64,000 bases of DNA from Candidatus Obscuribacterales bacterium (GTDB lineage: Bacteria > Cyanobacteriota > Vampirovibrionia > Obscuribacterales > Obscuribacteraceae). The notes under the pieces are model-generated. The model was not told where the DNA came from. It was given only the letters and a program-made list of their open reading frames with translations, and did no database searches. This document shows, piece by piece, positions 49,848 through 60,128 of the stretch (the stretch's first letter is position 1; every line of letters begins with the position of its first letter). Position numbers and translations under genes: made by a program. The stretch spans positions 96,001-160,000 of the forward strand of contig CBDDIJ010000004.1 of assembly GCA_965228855.1 (NCBI GenBank), written 5' to 3'.

Positions 49848-51035
49848 ATGCAGTTGAAATCCAGCCTGATACTGGCTTCGGCGCTGGCCGGGCTTGGCAT
49901 GGCGGCGGCCACCGGTACGGCTTCGGCCGCCGGTCCGACCTGTGCCGACGGCACCATCAAGATCGGCGCGGTGTCCACCATCACCGGACCGGCGGACTTC
50001 TCCGAAGTGCCCAAGGCGACGCAGGCCGCCTTCGACGCGCTGAACGCGGCCGGCGGCATCAACGGCTGCAAGATCGAATACACCATCGCTGACGACAAGG
50101 CCGATCCGGCCGTCGCCGCCCAGGCGGCGCGCGACCTGATCGACAACAAGGAAGTGGTGGCGCTGGTCGGCTCGGCGTCGCTGCTCGACTGCGCCGTCAA
50201 CGCCGCGACCTACGACCGCAAGGGCGTGCTATCGGTGCAGGGTCTCGGCGTCGACGCCGCCTGCTTCGCGTCGCCGAGCGTCGCGCCGGTCAATGTCGGC
50301 CCCTACACGCTGTCGACCGCCGTCGCCTACTACGCCACCAACACGCTGAAGACGCAGAAGCTCTGCGCATTCTTCATCATCATCGGTGGAACCCAGGAGG
50401 CCTACAAGGCCGGCATCGAGAACTGGGAGAAGCTGACCGGCCAGAAGGTCCATCTGCTCGATCTCACCCTGCCGTTCCAGGGCGACCTCACGCCTTACGT
50501 CATCAAGGCGCGCGATGCCGGCTGCGATGCCGTGCTGACCAACCAGGTCGAGCCGCAGGTGGTGCAGCTCATCAACACCGTCGACGCACAGAAGATCACC
50601 GGCATCAACTGGCTCTTCCTTGCCCCGGGCTACACCGAGCAGGTGGCCAAGGCCCTGGCCGCCAGCGAGCAGCCGATCTACGTCGGCACCGAATGGGAGC
50701 CCTACACCGAGCAGGGGTCCGAGGCGAACAAGCAGTGGATCGCCGACATGACCGCCGCAGGCCGCCCGCTGACCGCCTTCTCGCAGGGCGGTTATCTCGC
50801 CGCGCAGGTGTTCATCGACGTGCTCAAAGGCATCGAGGGCGAGGTGACGCGCGAAAGCGTGACCGCCGCGCTGCACGCGATGAAGCCGATCAGCAATCCG
50901 CTTGCCGGTTCACCCTATGTGTTCGGCGAAGGTGCCAGCCACTCGCCGATGCAGGCCACCAAGATGATGAAGCTGGAAAAAGGCGCCTGGGCGGTCCAGA
51001 CGCCCGAGTGGCTGGTTCTTCCGGCTGCGCAGTGA
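49848..51035 (+). CDS. Liv-type ABC substrate-binding protein
   Basis: Signal peptide, NAAGGING, DDKADP; GGGAGG RBS. Confidence 0.88.
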   Translation: MQLKSSLILASALAGLGMAAATGTASAAGPTCADGTIKIGAVSTITGPADFSEVPKATQAAFDALNAAGGINGCKIEYTIADDKADPAVAAQAARDLIDNKEVVALVGSASLLDCAVNAATYDRKGVLSVQGLGVDAACFASPSVAPVNVGPYTLSTAVAYYATNTLKTQKLCAFFIIIGGTQEAYKAGIENWEKLTGQKVHLLDLTLPFQGDLTPYVIKARDAGCDAVLTNQVEPQVVQLINTVDAQKITGINWLFLAPGYTEQVAKALAASEQPIYVGTEWEPYTEQGSEANKQWIADMTAAGRPLTAFSQGGYLAAQVFIDVLKGIEGEVTRESVTAALHAMKPISNPLAGSPYVFGEGASHSPMQATKMMKLEKGAWAVQTPEWLVLPAAQ

Positions 51036-51043
51036 TGTAAATC

Positions 51044-51069
51044 TGGCGGCGGGAGCGATCCCGCCGCCA
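51044..51069 (+). terminator. Intercistronic hairpin (mRNA stabiliser or partial terminator)
   Basis: TGGCGGCGGGA-GCGA-TCCCGCCGCCA. Confidence 0.7.
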
Positions 51070-51083
51070 TTTCCGGAGCGTCC

Positions 51084-51953
51084 ATGAACTCACTTCTGTC
51101 ATCCGCGGTGGCCGGGCTGACCGCCGGCGGCGCCTACGCGCTGCTCGGCGTCTGCGCCATCTTCACCTACCGCCTCGTCGCGGTGGTCAACTTCACCGGC
51201 GCTGCGATCGGCACCAGCGGCACCTTCGCGCTGATCGCGCTTTACGAAGCGGGTTTCGCGCTCTGGCCGGCGGTGGCGATCGGCATCGCCGTCGGCACGC
51301 TGGTCGGCATAGCGGTGGGTTTCATCATGACCACCTGGTTCGCCGATTCCAGCGCGTCGACGAAAGCCGCGGTCACCGTCGCGATGCTGGTCGGCATGAT
51401 CGCCATCGGGCTGCGGCTCACCGGCGGCCAGCACCCGCATGTCATGCCGGAGCTGTTTCCGGGCTCGGCGTTCAGGCTCGCCGGCGTCGAAGTGACGATC
51501 GCCGCGGTGCTGACGATCGGGCTGGCGGTCGGGTTCACCGTGCTCGCCGACTGGTTCCTCAACCGCACCCGCACCGGGCTGCACCTGCGCGCGCTGTCGG
51601 AACGACCGATGGCCGCCGAATTGCTGGGCGTCCGGGTGAAGCTCCTGTCGATCCTGGTCTGGGCGGTCACCGGCACCTTCACCACCTTCGCGCTGATGAT
51701 CATCGCGCCGCAGCGCTCGCCCAACTTTATGACGCTGAGCCTGCTGGTCGTGCCGGCGCTCGCCGCGGCGCTGATCGGCCTGTTCCGCTCGTTCCGCGTG
51801 GCGCTGGCCGGCGGCATCCTGCTCGGCGTGATCGAAGGCATGGCGAGCGCCATCGACGGCTTCAGCCAATATCGCAGCGCGATCCCGTTCCTGGTCATCC
51901 TCGCTGTCCTGCTGTGGTCGCAACGGGAGGCCCGCTGGGATGAAGCACGCTAG
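51084..51953 (+). CDS. LivH-like ABC permease
   Basis: GGAYALLG, VVNF, TRTGLHLRA. Confidence 0.88.
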   Translation: MNSLLSSAVAGLTAGGAYALLGVCAIFTYRLVAVVNFTGAAIGTSGTFALIALYEAGFALWPAVAIGIAVGTLVGIAVGFIMTTWFADSSASTKAAVTVAMLVGMIAIGLRLTGGQHPHVMPELFPGSAFRLAGVEVTIAAVLTIGLAVGFTVLADWFLNRTRTGLHLRALSERPMAAELLGVRVKLLSILVWAVTGTFTTFALMIIAPQRSPNFMTLSLLVVPALAAALIGLFRSFRVALAGGILLGVIEGMASAIDGFSQYRSAIPFLVILAVLLWSQREARWDEAR

Positions 51954-53655
51954 CGTCCGCGCCTCGATCACCATCGTCGTGGCGGCGGTCGCCGCCGCGC
52001 TGGCGATCATCGGCCTGCTGTCTTCCTACTGGGTGTTCCTGTTCACTTCGGTGCTGATCACCGGCGTGGCGCTGCAGAGCCTCGGCCTCGTGGCCGGCCG
52101 CACCGGCATGATCGCGCTCTGCCAGATGTCGTTCGCCGGCGTCGGGGCATGGACGGTCGGTTACCTCAACGTCGCCGGCGCGCCGGGCGGATTGCCGGTC
52201 TGGATCATCCTCGGCGGTCTCGCGGCGGTACCGTTCGGCGTCGCCATCGGCCTGCCGGCGCTGAGGCTGCGCGGCATCAACCTGGCGATCGTCACGCTGT
52301 CCTTCGCCACCGCCTTCGACGGCATACTGGCGACGATGACGTTCCCTGGCCAGACCGCATTCCTGCAGGTGCCGCGTCCGGAGATGTTCAACAGCGACGA
52401 GGGCTACTTCGTCTTCGCGCTGATCTTCTACGTGGTGATCGCGGTGGCGCTGGAGTTCATCTCCCGCTCGCGGCTCGGCGCCTCCTGGCTGGCGGTTCGC
52501 CACTCCGAACGCGCCGCCGCGGCGCATGGCGTCAGCATCGCCAAGGCCAAGCTCTCGGCCTTCGCCATCAGCGCCTTCATCGCCGGCCTCTCGGGCGGCC
52601 TGCTTGCCGGCTATCTCGGCACGCTGGTCTCCGAGAACTTCTCGATGATGCAGTCGCTGGCGCTGTTCGCGGTCGCCATCATGGCCGGGGCGCACTACGC
52701 CCAGGGCGCCATCATCGGCGGCCTGCTGATCACCATGTTCCCGGAGATATTGCGCCGGCTCGACCTCGCGCAGGACATCGGCAACGTGCTGTTCGCCATC
52801 GGCGCCACCCAGGCGCTGTCGACCGGCGAGACGATGAGCGAGACCTTCCGCAGGCTGTTTCGCAAGCTGACGCCGGCGCGCAAGGTGCAGGCCGTCGACG
52901 CACCGAAGGACGGCCTGCCGGCGGCAGTGATACGGGCCAAGGGTGCGGCGCTGTCGATCGACAACCTCACCGTCCGGTACGGCAGCGTCGTGGCGCTCGA
53001 CACTGTCAGCCTGACCATCCCGACCGGCACCGTTGCCGGGTTGATCGGCCCGAACGGCGCCGGCAAGTCGACCTTCATCGACGCGGTCACCGGCTTCCTC
53101 GCCAGCTACGAGGGCAGCGTGAAGCTGTACGGCCAGCCGCTGGAAGGCCGCGCGGCGCACCGCCGCGCCCGCGACGGCGTACGCCGCTCCTGGCAGACCA
53201 ACCGCATCGCGCCGGAGCTCACCGTCGGCGAATATCTCAACCTCGCCGCCAGCGGCCTCTCGGAGGCGGAAGTCAAGGCGATGCTTTCCTGGCTCGACTG
53301 CCCCCATCCCGACACCCCGGTGGCGTCCGTGGATGCGGGCACGCGGCGCCTGCTCGACGTGGCGGGCGTCGTGGCCGCGCGGCCGGCCGTCGTCCTCCTC
53401 GACGAGCCGGCCGCCGGTCAGTCCTTCGAGGAGACGTTGCGCCTTGGTCGGCGCATTGCGGAAATCCCCGCCCTGTTCGGCTCGGCGGTGCTGCTGGTCG
53501 AGCACGACATGGACCTGGTCCGCGCCGCCTGCTCGGAGGTGACGGTTCTGGATTTCGGCCGCGTCATCGCGTCGGGTCCTCCGGCGAAGGTGCTCGAGCA
53601 GAAGGCGGTGAAGAAGGCCTATCTCGGCATCGAGGAAGAGAGCGTGGCGGCATGA
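51940..53655 (+). CDS. Fused LivM permease / LivG-like ATPase
   Basis: LRLRGINLAIVTL in the TM domain; GPNGAGKST, LLDEPAAG. Confidence 0.88.
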   Translation: MKHASVRASITIVVAAVAAALAIIGLLSSYWVFLFTSVLITGVALQSLGLVAGRTGMIALCQMSFAGVGAWTVGYLNVAGAPGGLPVWIILGGLAAVPFGVAIGLPALRLRGINLAIVTLSFATAFDGILATMTFPGQTAFLQVPRPEMFNSDEGYFVFALIFYVVIAVALEFISRSRLGASWLAVRHSERAAAAHGVSIAKAKLSAFAISAFIAGLSGGLLAGYLGTLVSENFSMMQSLALFAVAIMAGAHYAQGAIIGGLLITMFPEILRRLDLAQDIGNVLFAIGATQALSTGETMSETFRRLFRKLTPARKVQAVDAPKDGLPAAVIRAKGAALSIDNLTVRYGSVVALDTVSLTIPTGTVAGLIGPNGAGKSTFIDAVTGFLASYEGSVKLYGQPLEGRAAHRRARDGVRRSWQTNRIAPELTVGEYLNLAASGLSEAEVKAMLSWLDCPHPDTPVASVDAGTRRLLDVAGVVAARPAVVLLDEPAAGQSFEETLRLGRRIAEIPALFGSAVLLVEHDMDLVRAACSEVTVLDFGRVIASGPPAKVLEQKAVKKAYLGIEEESVAA

Positions 53656-54350
53656 GCAGGCTTCTCGTCTCCGACCTCGCGGTGAACCGCGCCGAACTGC
53701 CGGTCATCACCAAAGCCGGCCTCGTCGTGGAAAGCGGACAGGTGAGCGTGGTGCTCGGCTCCAACGGCGCCGGAAAGACCACCCTTCTCGAAGGGCTCTC
53801 CGGCGTGATCCCCGTCGCGGCGGGCAGGATCGCCATCGACGGCGCCGAGATCCAGAAGGCGCGCCCCGGGATACGCGCGCGCGCCGGGCTCGCGCATGTC
53901 GAGCAGGGGCGCACCGTGTTCCGCCAGCTGTCGACGGAGGAGAACCTGCGGGTCGGCCTGCATCCGGAGGCGACGCTCGCCGAGGCCTACGATCTTTTCC
54001 CCGAGCTGGTGCAGCGCAAGGATGTCCGCGCCGGTCTTCTCTCTGGTGGCGAGCAGCAGATGCTGGTCATTGCCCGGGCGCTGCTCGGCCGGCCCAAGGT
54101 GCTGCTGATCGACGAGATGTCTGCGGGCCTGGCGCCCGTCATCGTCACCCGCCTGATGAACGCCGTGCGGCGGCTGGCCGATGCCGGGCTCGCCGTGCTG
54201 CTGGTCGAGCAGTTCGCCGCGCTCGCCCTGTCGATCGGCGACCGCGCCTACGTCATGCGCCGCGGCCGCATGGTCTATGACGGCGACTGCGCGACGCTGC
54301 GCAACGCGCCCGACGAGCTGCACGGGCTCTATCTCGGCGGTTCGGCTTAG
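53652..54350 (+). CDS. LivF-like ABC ATPase
   Basis: GSNGAGKTT, LSGGEQQM, IDEMSAGLAP; ATGA overlap. Confidence 0.9.
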   Translation: MSRLLVSDLAVNRAELPVITKAGLVVESGQVSVVLGSNGAGKTTLLEGLSGVIPVAAGRIAIDGAEIQKARPGIRARAGLAHVEQGRTVFRQLSTEENLRVGLHPEATLAEAYDLFPELVQRKDVRAGLLSGGEQQMLVIARALLGRPKVLLIDEMSAGLAPVIVTRLMNAVRRLADAGLAVLLVEQFAALALSIGDRAYVMRRGRMVYDGDCATLRNAPDELHGLYLGGSA

Positions 54351-54435
54351 GTATTTCTCCGGTCTTGCCCTGGCGGCGGCAACGGGGCTAACCATACGCG
54401 CCCTCGTGGTGCGAATTCATGGAGCACAGCCGCCC

Positions 54436-56076
54436 TTGCTCGAACGGCGCGACACCTACACCGCCCTTTACCGCGATTTCCGCTGGCGCATACCGGAACG
54501 GTTCAACATCGGCACCGCCGTCAGCGATGTCTGGGCCGCGCGCGAACCCGAGCGCATTGCGCTGCTGGAGTACCGCGTTGATTCGGCCGCGCACCGGCTC
54601 AGCTTCGGTGAACTTTCGGCGCGGTCCAACTCCTTCGCCAATGCGCTGCGCAAGCTCGGCGTCCGGCGCGGCGACCGCGTCGCGCTGCTGCTGCCGCAAT
54701 GTTTCGAGACGGCCGTCGCCCATGTCGCCATCTACAAGCTCGGCGCGATCGCCGTGCCGCTGGCGCTGCTGTTCGGCATCGAGGCGATCGAATACCGCCT
54801 GCACACGGCCGGCGCGAAGGCGATCGTCACCAACGCGGCGGGCAGCGCCAAGCTGGCTAAAGTGAGCGGCCGGCTGCCCGAACTGGAGGTGGTCGTCTCC
54901 ATAGACGGCGCAGCTGGTGACGGCCACGACTTCCATAAGCTGGTGGCCGACCAAGCTGGTGGTTTCACTGCCGAGGATACGCTGGCCGACGATCCGGCGA
55001 TGATGATCTTCACGTCGGGCACGACAGGCCCGCCGAAAGGCGCCTTGCACGGGCATCGTGTGCTGCTCGGCCATCTGCCCGGCGTGCAGATGCATCATGA
55101 ATTCCTGCCGCAGCCGGACGACCTGTTGTGGACGCCGGCCGACTGGGCATGGGCCGGCGGCCTGCTCAACGTGCTCCTCCCCGGCCTTTATCTCGGCGTG
55201 CCGGTCGTTGCCGGCCGGTTCGAGAAGTTCGACCCCGAAGCGGCGCTGGGGCTGGCCGAGAAGATGAAGGTGCGTAACGCGTTCATTCCGCCGACGGCGT
55301 TGCGCATGCTGAAAAGCGTGCCGGACATCAGCAAACGTTTCGCGCTATCCCTTCGCACCATAGGCTCGGGCGGCGAGTCGCTCGGGCGCGAGACGTTCGA
55401 GTGGGCCGAGGCGGAGCTCGGTCTCACCATCAACGAGTTCTACGGCCAGACCGAGTGCAACCTCGTGCTGTCGTCCTGCGCCGCGATCGGGGTCAGCCGC
55501 GCCGGCGCGATCGGCCTGCCGGTGCCAGGTCATACGGTCGGGGTCATCGACGAGGCCGGCCGCGTCGTGCCCGCCGGGGGAACCGGACAGATCGCCATCG
55601 CCCGGCCGGATCCGGTGATGTTCCTCGAATACTGGAAGAACCCGGAAGCCACGGCGAAGAAGTTCATCGGCGACTGGATGACCACCGGCGACCAGGGCAC
55701 CACCGACGCCGACGGCTACGTGCATTTCTTCGGGCGCGACGACGATGTGATCACCTCGGCGGGTTTCCGCATCGGCCCGACCGAGATCGAGGATTGCCTG
55801 ACCGGCCATCCGTCGATCGCGCTCGCCGCCGCCGTCGGCAAACCCGATCCGCTGCGCACCGAAATCGTCAAGGCCTATGTTGTGCTGAAGGATGGCGTCG
55901 AGGGCACGGCCGATCTCGCCGAGGAGATCAGGCTGTTCGTGCGCGAGCGGCTGTCGGCGCACGAATATCCGCGCGAGGTCGAGTTCGTCGATTCCATGCC
56001 GCTGACGACCACCGGCAAGGTCATCCGCCGCATTTTTCGCGACCGCGCGAAACGCGAGGTCGAAGGCGCGGCCTGA
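54436..56076 (+). CDS. Acyl-CoA synthetase (AMP-forming)
   Basis: FTSGTTGPPKG, FYGQTE, TGD, TTTGK; TTG start inferred. Confidence 0.9.
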   Translation: MLERRDTYTALYRDFRWRIPERFNIGTAVSDVWAAREPERIALLEYRVDSAAHRLSFGELSARSNSFANALRKLGVRRGDRVALLLPQCFETAVAHVAIYKLGAIAVPLALLFGIEAIEYRLHTAGAKAIVTNAAGSAKLAKVSGRLPELEVVVSIDGAAGDGHDFHKLVADQAGGFTAEDTLADDPAMMIFTSGTTGPPKGALHGHRVLLGHLPGVQMHHEFLPQPDDLLWTPADWAWAGGLLNVLLPGLYLGVPVVAGRFEKFDPEAALGLAEKMKVRNAFIPPTALRMLKSVPDISKRFALSLRTIGSGGESLGRETFEWAEAELGLTINEFYGQTECNLVLSSCAAIGVSRAGAIGLPVPGHTVGVIDEAGRVVPAGGTGQIAIARPDPVMFLEYWKNPEATAKKFIGDWMTTGDQGTTDADGYVHFFGRDDDVITSAGFRIGPTEIEDCLTGHPSIALAAAVGKPDPLRTEIVKAYVVLKDGVEGTADLAEEIRLFVRERLSAHEYPREVEFVDSMPLTTTGKVIRRIFRDRAKREVEGAA

Positions 56077-56097
56077 GCCTTCGCCAGTGCGGCTGTG

Positions 56098-57384
56098 TCA
56101 ACGCCGCCGCAGCAGGTCGCGCACGCGATTGCGCAGGATACGTGCCATGTTGCGCGTCTCGCGATAGAGATGCAGTTGCGATGCGGCCTGCCGGGTAGCG
56201 CGGTCGGCGTCCGGCGTCAGTCCGATAACCAGCGTCCCGATCGGCCGCCGCTCCGTCCAAAGACGGCTCATCACCGGGTGGTCGGGAACCGCGCAGCTGT
56301 CGGTGATCTCGATGTTGGGATCGTCGAGATGCTGTCTGGTGACTTCCAGCATCAGCAGTGTGCCCGGCGAGTACGCGGCCCAGGCTTCGTTATACGCGGT
56401 CTTCCAGGTATAGGCGACGCCGGCTTCGACGAACACGATCAGGCAGGCGATCACCTTGCCGTCGAGGGTCAGCGTGTGAACCCGGCAGAGGTCCTGTTCG
56501 GCGAGGCGGTGCACCGCCTCCCGCGCGAACGCCGCGCGGAAGCGGTCGACCGCCATGGCGGTGCGCTCCCGGCCCTTCCAGCCGGCCGCTTCGAGCGTCA
56601 GGAAGGCCTCGACGCCGAGCCGGATCTCGTCGGGAGCCCGCGCGACCTTGTGCTCGACCGCGCCGTGGTCGGCGAGGCGGCGCGCGAGGCGCCGGTATTC
56701 GCGCAGATGGTGCGAGCGCAACGAGGCCTTGAGGTATTCCTCGCCGTCGAGATCGCTCTGCAGGAACGGTCGTTCGGTTTCGCCGGTCGATACCAGTGGC
56801 AGGCCGCGCGTCTCGGCGACGCGGCGCAGCAGGCTGGCGACCGCGCCGTCGAGCCGCATGTCGGGCAGCACCAGCACCTTCGGCAGCTTGAGATGCGGCC
56901 GCGACAGCATGGCGAAGAAATCCTCGAGAACGCTTTCCGGGTTGTCGCGGTCGAGCAGCGGCGTACCCAGCGGTCCGAACGGGCTCGACCAGGTGCGCAT
57001 GATCGAGACCCCGAGCGGCACGGCTGGCCTCTCGATCGAGAACGGCACCAGCAGGCGCAGCCGGTTCTTGTACTCGTCGCCGTCGCGGATAACCGCGAGG
57101 CGCACCTCACGATCCTCCAGCCGGGGCATGGCCGGCGCCAGGAAACGCGGATTGAAGAACACGTTGGGCTCGATCGTGCGGGCGCACAGATGGTCGAGCT
57201 CCTCGACCAGGTCGAAACCTGCCGACGCCGGATAGATCGCCAGCCGCCGCGGTGGCCGGTTGGTTTCGAGGATCTCGACATGCGCGAGATTGGCCGGTTC
57301 GCCCGAAACGCCGGCAAGGCCCGCGATCATCGCGCCGGCCGGGCTGCTCGAGGTTTCCTCAAGGATTGGAATAGCGACCATCAC
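56098..57384 (-). CDS. GNAT acetyltransferase (CelD/BcsL-like)
   Basis: EPNVFF, LEAAGWKG, YSPGTLL, DSCA. Confidence 0.8.
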   Translation of the reverse strand: MMVAIPILEETSSSPAGAMIAGLAGVSGEPANLAHVEILETNRPPRRLAIYPASAGFDLVEELDHLCARTIEPNVFFNPRFLAPAMPRLEDREVRLAVIRDGDEYKNRLRLLVPFSIERPAVPLGVSIMRTWSSPFGPLGTPLLDRDNPESVLEDFFAMLSRPHLKLPKVLVLPDMRLDGAVASLLRRVAETRGLPLVSTGETERPFLQSDLDGEEYLKASLRSHHLREYRRLARRLADHGAVEHKVARAPDEIRLGVEAFLTLEAAGWKGRERTAMAVDRFRAAFAREAVHRLAEQDLCRVHTLTLDGKVIACLIVFVEAGVAYTWKTAYNEAWAAYSPGTLLMLEVTRQHLDDPNIEITDSCAVPDHPVMSRLWTERRPIGTLVIGLTPDADRATRQAASQLHLYRETRNMARILRNRVRDLLRRR

Positions 57385-58790
57385 GCAGCCTCATGCTTTG
57401 AACTGGCGGGAAGGAAAATCACCATCACGATGCCGAGCTTGCGCCAGACGGTGAAGGAGAGGGCAGCCGCCTCGAAGATCATCGCGGTCGCCGTGGCGAT
57501 CGCAGCGCCCCACAGGCCGAATTGCGGGATCAGCACGACGCTCAGCCCGATGTTGAGCGCCAGCGTCAGTGCGTAGACTGCGGCGCAGACGTTCTGGTGC
57601 CCGCTCATCGTCAGCAGGCTTTCGGCCGGGCCCACCGCGGCGCGCGCGACGACGCCGCCGACGAGTACGAACAACAGCGGGTAACCAGCATCGAAACCCG
57701 GGCCGAACAGCATCAGCATCGGCTTGCCGAGAGCGAGCACGACCATCGCCATGAGAAGCGACGGCCAGAAGGTCCACGAGACGGTGTCGCGTGCAAAAGC
57801 AGCCAGCCTGCCGCGATCGCTGTGGGTGAACTGGGCATAACGCTGCGCCACGCCGGTCTTCACCGCGAAATAGACAAAATGCACCAGCGCCAGCGTCTTC
57901 ACCGTGGCGAAGTAGACGGCGACGTCGTCGGGCCGCATGAAATAGCCGACCATCAGCACGTCGGCATTGGTCAACAGGAAGAAGAAGCTTTCGACCAGGA
58001 AGATCGGCAGCGACACGGCGAACCACTGACGGAACAGCACCGTCCTGGGGCCGGCCGGCAGCTTCATGTCGACCTTGGCCGTGACGGTGACGAGCTGGGC
58101 GATTGTCGTGAGGTAGGTCGCGGCAATCGCTGCAATGATCGCCGTCTGCGCGCAGGCATCGTAGCCGGCGAGCAACGCGCCTCCCATGAAGGCCAGGATC
58201 AGTAGCGGACGGGTGATGTAGACCGGCGCCAGCGCGGATATCGCCCAGGAATTGGCCCGCGAGATGCCCTGCAGCATGTCGGACAGCGCGATCATCGGCA
58301 GGCAGATCATGCCGAGGATGAACGGCACGACGTAGTAGCTTTCGAGGCTGGGCGCGAACAGCCATACCCCGGCGATGCCAAGTGCAGCGACGGTCGTCGA
58401 CGCGAACAGCACGAACAGGCGGCCGGTGATCAGGATGCCGCGCAGCTCGGACAACATCTGCTTTTCCCGGTATTCGGGGATGAAACGGATGACCGACGTA
58501 TGGAAGCCGAGGCAGGACAGGTTCCCGATGATGATCATCGTCGTCCACACCAGCACGAAGATGCCGTATTCGAAGCTGCCCATCCAGCGGGCGAGCAGCA
58601 CCTGGCTGACGAAGGCGATGACGGCGTTGACGATGCGGATCGAGAAGGCGATCAGCGACATGCGGCCGGCCTGGCCGCGTTCGTCCGAGGTAAAAAGCAG
58701 GGCGTCGACACGATCGAGCAGCGGCCGTGCGCTGCGCGCCAGGCCTTGCGGCAGAAGCCGTTCCGCCGTTGTCGCTGCGGAAAAGCGCAC
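57381..58790 (-). CDS. Polysaccharide flippase (Wzx/MOP superfamily)
   Basis: LLARWMG..EYGIF, many TM helices, LIPQFGLWGAAIA. Confidence 0.82.
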   Translation of the reverse strand: MRFSAATTAERLLPQGLARSARPLLDRVDALLFTSDERGQAGRMSLIAFSIRIVNAVIAFVSQVLLARWMGSFEYGIFVLVWTTMIIIGNLSCLGFHTSVIRFIPEYREKQMLSELRGILITGRLFVLFASTTVAALGIAGVWLFAPSLESYYVVPFILGMICLPMIALSDMLQGISRANSWAISALAPVYITRPLLILAFMGGALLAGYDACAQTAIIAAIAATYLTTIAQLVTVTAKVDMKLPAGPRTVLFRQWFAVSLPIFLVESFFFLLTNADVLMVGYFMRPDDVAVYFATVKTLALVHFVYFAVKTGVAQRYAQFTHSDRGRLAAFARDTVSWTFWPSLLMAMVVLALGKPMLMLFGPGFDAGYPLLFVLVGGVVARAAVGPAESLLTMSGHQNVCAAVYALTLALNIGLSVVLIPQFGLWGAAIATATAMIFEAAALSFTVWRKLGIVMVIFLPASSKHEAA

Positions 58791-58940
58791 GCTCTACTCT
58801 CCGGTTTCGATCGCAGTGGCCCCATCCTTAGCGGGAGAGTCTTTAAAAACGGTTGGGTAAGCGGATTCGGGCGTGGAACGGCGGAATGGCGAGCGGCGTG
58901 CCGGCAGGCACGATGACGTGGCGTCGAAGAAGTCCGGTAG

Positions 58941-59852
58941 CTAGAGCGGCAGCGTCGCACTGAAGAGGCCGGCTGGTTTTGCCGGATCGTCGGCATCGGT
59001 GACCAGCGTCAAGCGCAGGACATCGCGGTCACGCATGGCGGCGATGCCTTCCACTTTCACCATCGGGTGGAGCGTTTCGACGCGACGCACCGTGACCGCC
59101 GCGTCGATGATGCCGACGACGGCGCCGGCCAGCGGACCGTCATCATAGGCGTTGCCGGTGTTCTCGGCGACGGCCGAAAACACCATCATGCCGTCGACGA
59201 CGGTCGCGTCGGTGAAAGCCAGCGGCACGCCGGCGACGGTTCCGAGGTCGACGATCCGGATGGTCGCCGGAGGCGCCGGTTTGGCCGGACCAGCGTGCAG
59301 CGTTGCGAGGGCGTCTTCGAGCGGGAATGAAATGACGGCGTTGACCGGATTGCCGGCATTGCCCCGCTGGAACAGCAGCAGCCTGCCATCCAGCACTACA
59401 GCGCCCTCAATGTTGAGTTCGGCGAAATCGTTCGCGAAAGGCTGGTAGAGTGCGGAAATATCAACGGGCCTCGCCAACTGGGCCGCACCGTCGCGGCTGA
59501 GCTCGATCAGAGCGCCGCGCAGGCGATTGGGACGCGAGCCGGAGCCGAGGGCGAGCAGCGCCCCATGGACGCGCCCTTCCGCCGGCGGCAGAGCGACCAG
59601 TGTCTCGAAATCCGGTTTTGCCTTCTTGCGGTCGGCTGCCTTGCGCGGCAGCGTGCCGGGAACCAGGCGAAACAGCCGGCCGGGCGACGCGTCGCCGATG
59701 CGAAACGTCGCGAGCGACAGGTCATCGTCGGCGATCACGTGCAGGAAATCGCCGATGCGCACCAGCCCGCTCGCGGCGCTGACATATCCCGCCGCGTTCG
59801 CGCCTTCGCCGGCCGCGACATCCAGGTCGCGGATGTGTTCGAGCTTGATCAT
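58941..59852 (-). CDS. Conserved hypothetical protein, beta-propeller-like
   Basis: SAASGL, KPDFE, GSGS, LNIEGA, KVEGI, TDADDP. Confidence 0.65.
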   Translation of the reverse strand: MIKLEHIRDLDVAAGEGANAAGYVSAASGLVRIGDFLHVIADDDLSLATFRIGDASPGRLFRLVPGTLPRKAADRKKAKPDFETLVALPPAEGRVHGALLALGSGSRPNRLRGALIELSRDGAAQLARPVDISALYQPFANDFAELNIEGAVVLDGRLLLFQRGNAGNPVNAVISFPLEDALATLHAGPAKPAPPATIRIVDLGTVAGVPLAFTDATVVDGMMVFSAVAENTGNAYDDGPLAGAVVGIIDAAVTVRRVETLHPMVKVEGIAAMRDRDVLRLTLVTDADDPAKPAGLFSATLPL

Positions 59853-59903
59853 CCCCAGCCTGTCTATCAGATGCCGGAGCCGTGCGCTCGTGGCGTCGTT
59901 CCG

Positions 59904-60128
59904 CTACCTGCCGGCCGTCAGCTTTTCCAGGTCGGCGATGGTATCCAGCCGGGAGATGTCGAAATCGGCGTCCGCGAGATCGATGGCGAATTCCTTCTCG
60001 AGGATCACCATGATCTCGACGGCCGCCAGGGAATCGAGGCGGCCGCTGGTGAACAGCGGATCGTGGTCGCCCGCCATCGGCTGGCCCCGGTCGCGCAGGA
60101 GGTTCGAGATGATGTCGCGTAGGGTCAT
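59904..60128 (-). CDS. Acyl/aminoacyl carrier protein (DltC-like)
   Basis: 74 aa, acidic, LFTSGRLDSL phosphopantetheine motif; ATGA overlap. Confidence 0.88.
   Translation of the reverse strand: MTLRDIISNLLRDRGQPMAGDHDPLFTSGRLDSLAAVEIMVILEKEFAIDLADADFDISRLDTIADLEKLTAGR

Noticed and set aside
52149..53651. Long Arg-rich N-terminal part of the 733-aa ORF
   Set aside because: Alternate frame of the permease-ATPase gene; the real gene starts at 53652. The same artefact affects 48056, 59904 and 60125.
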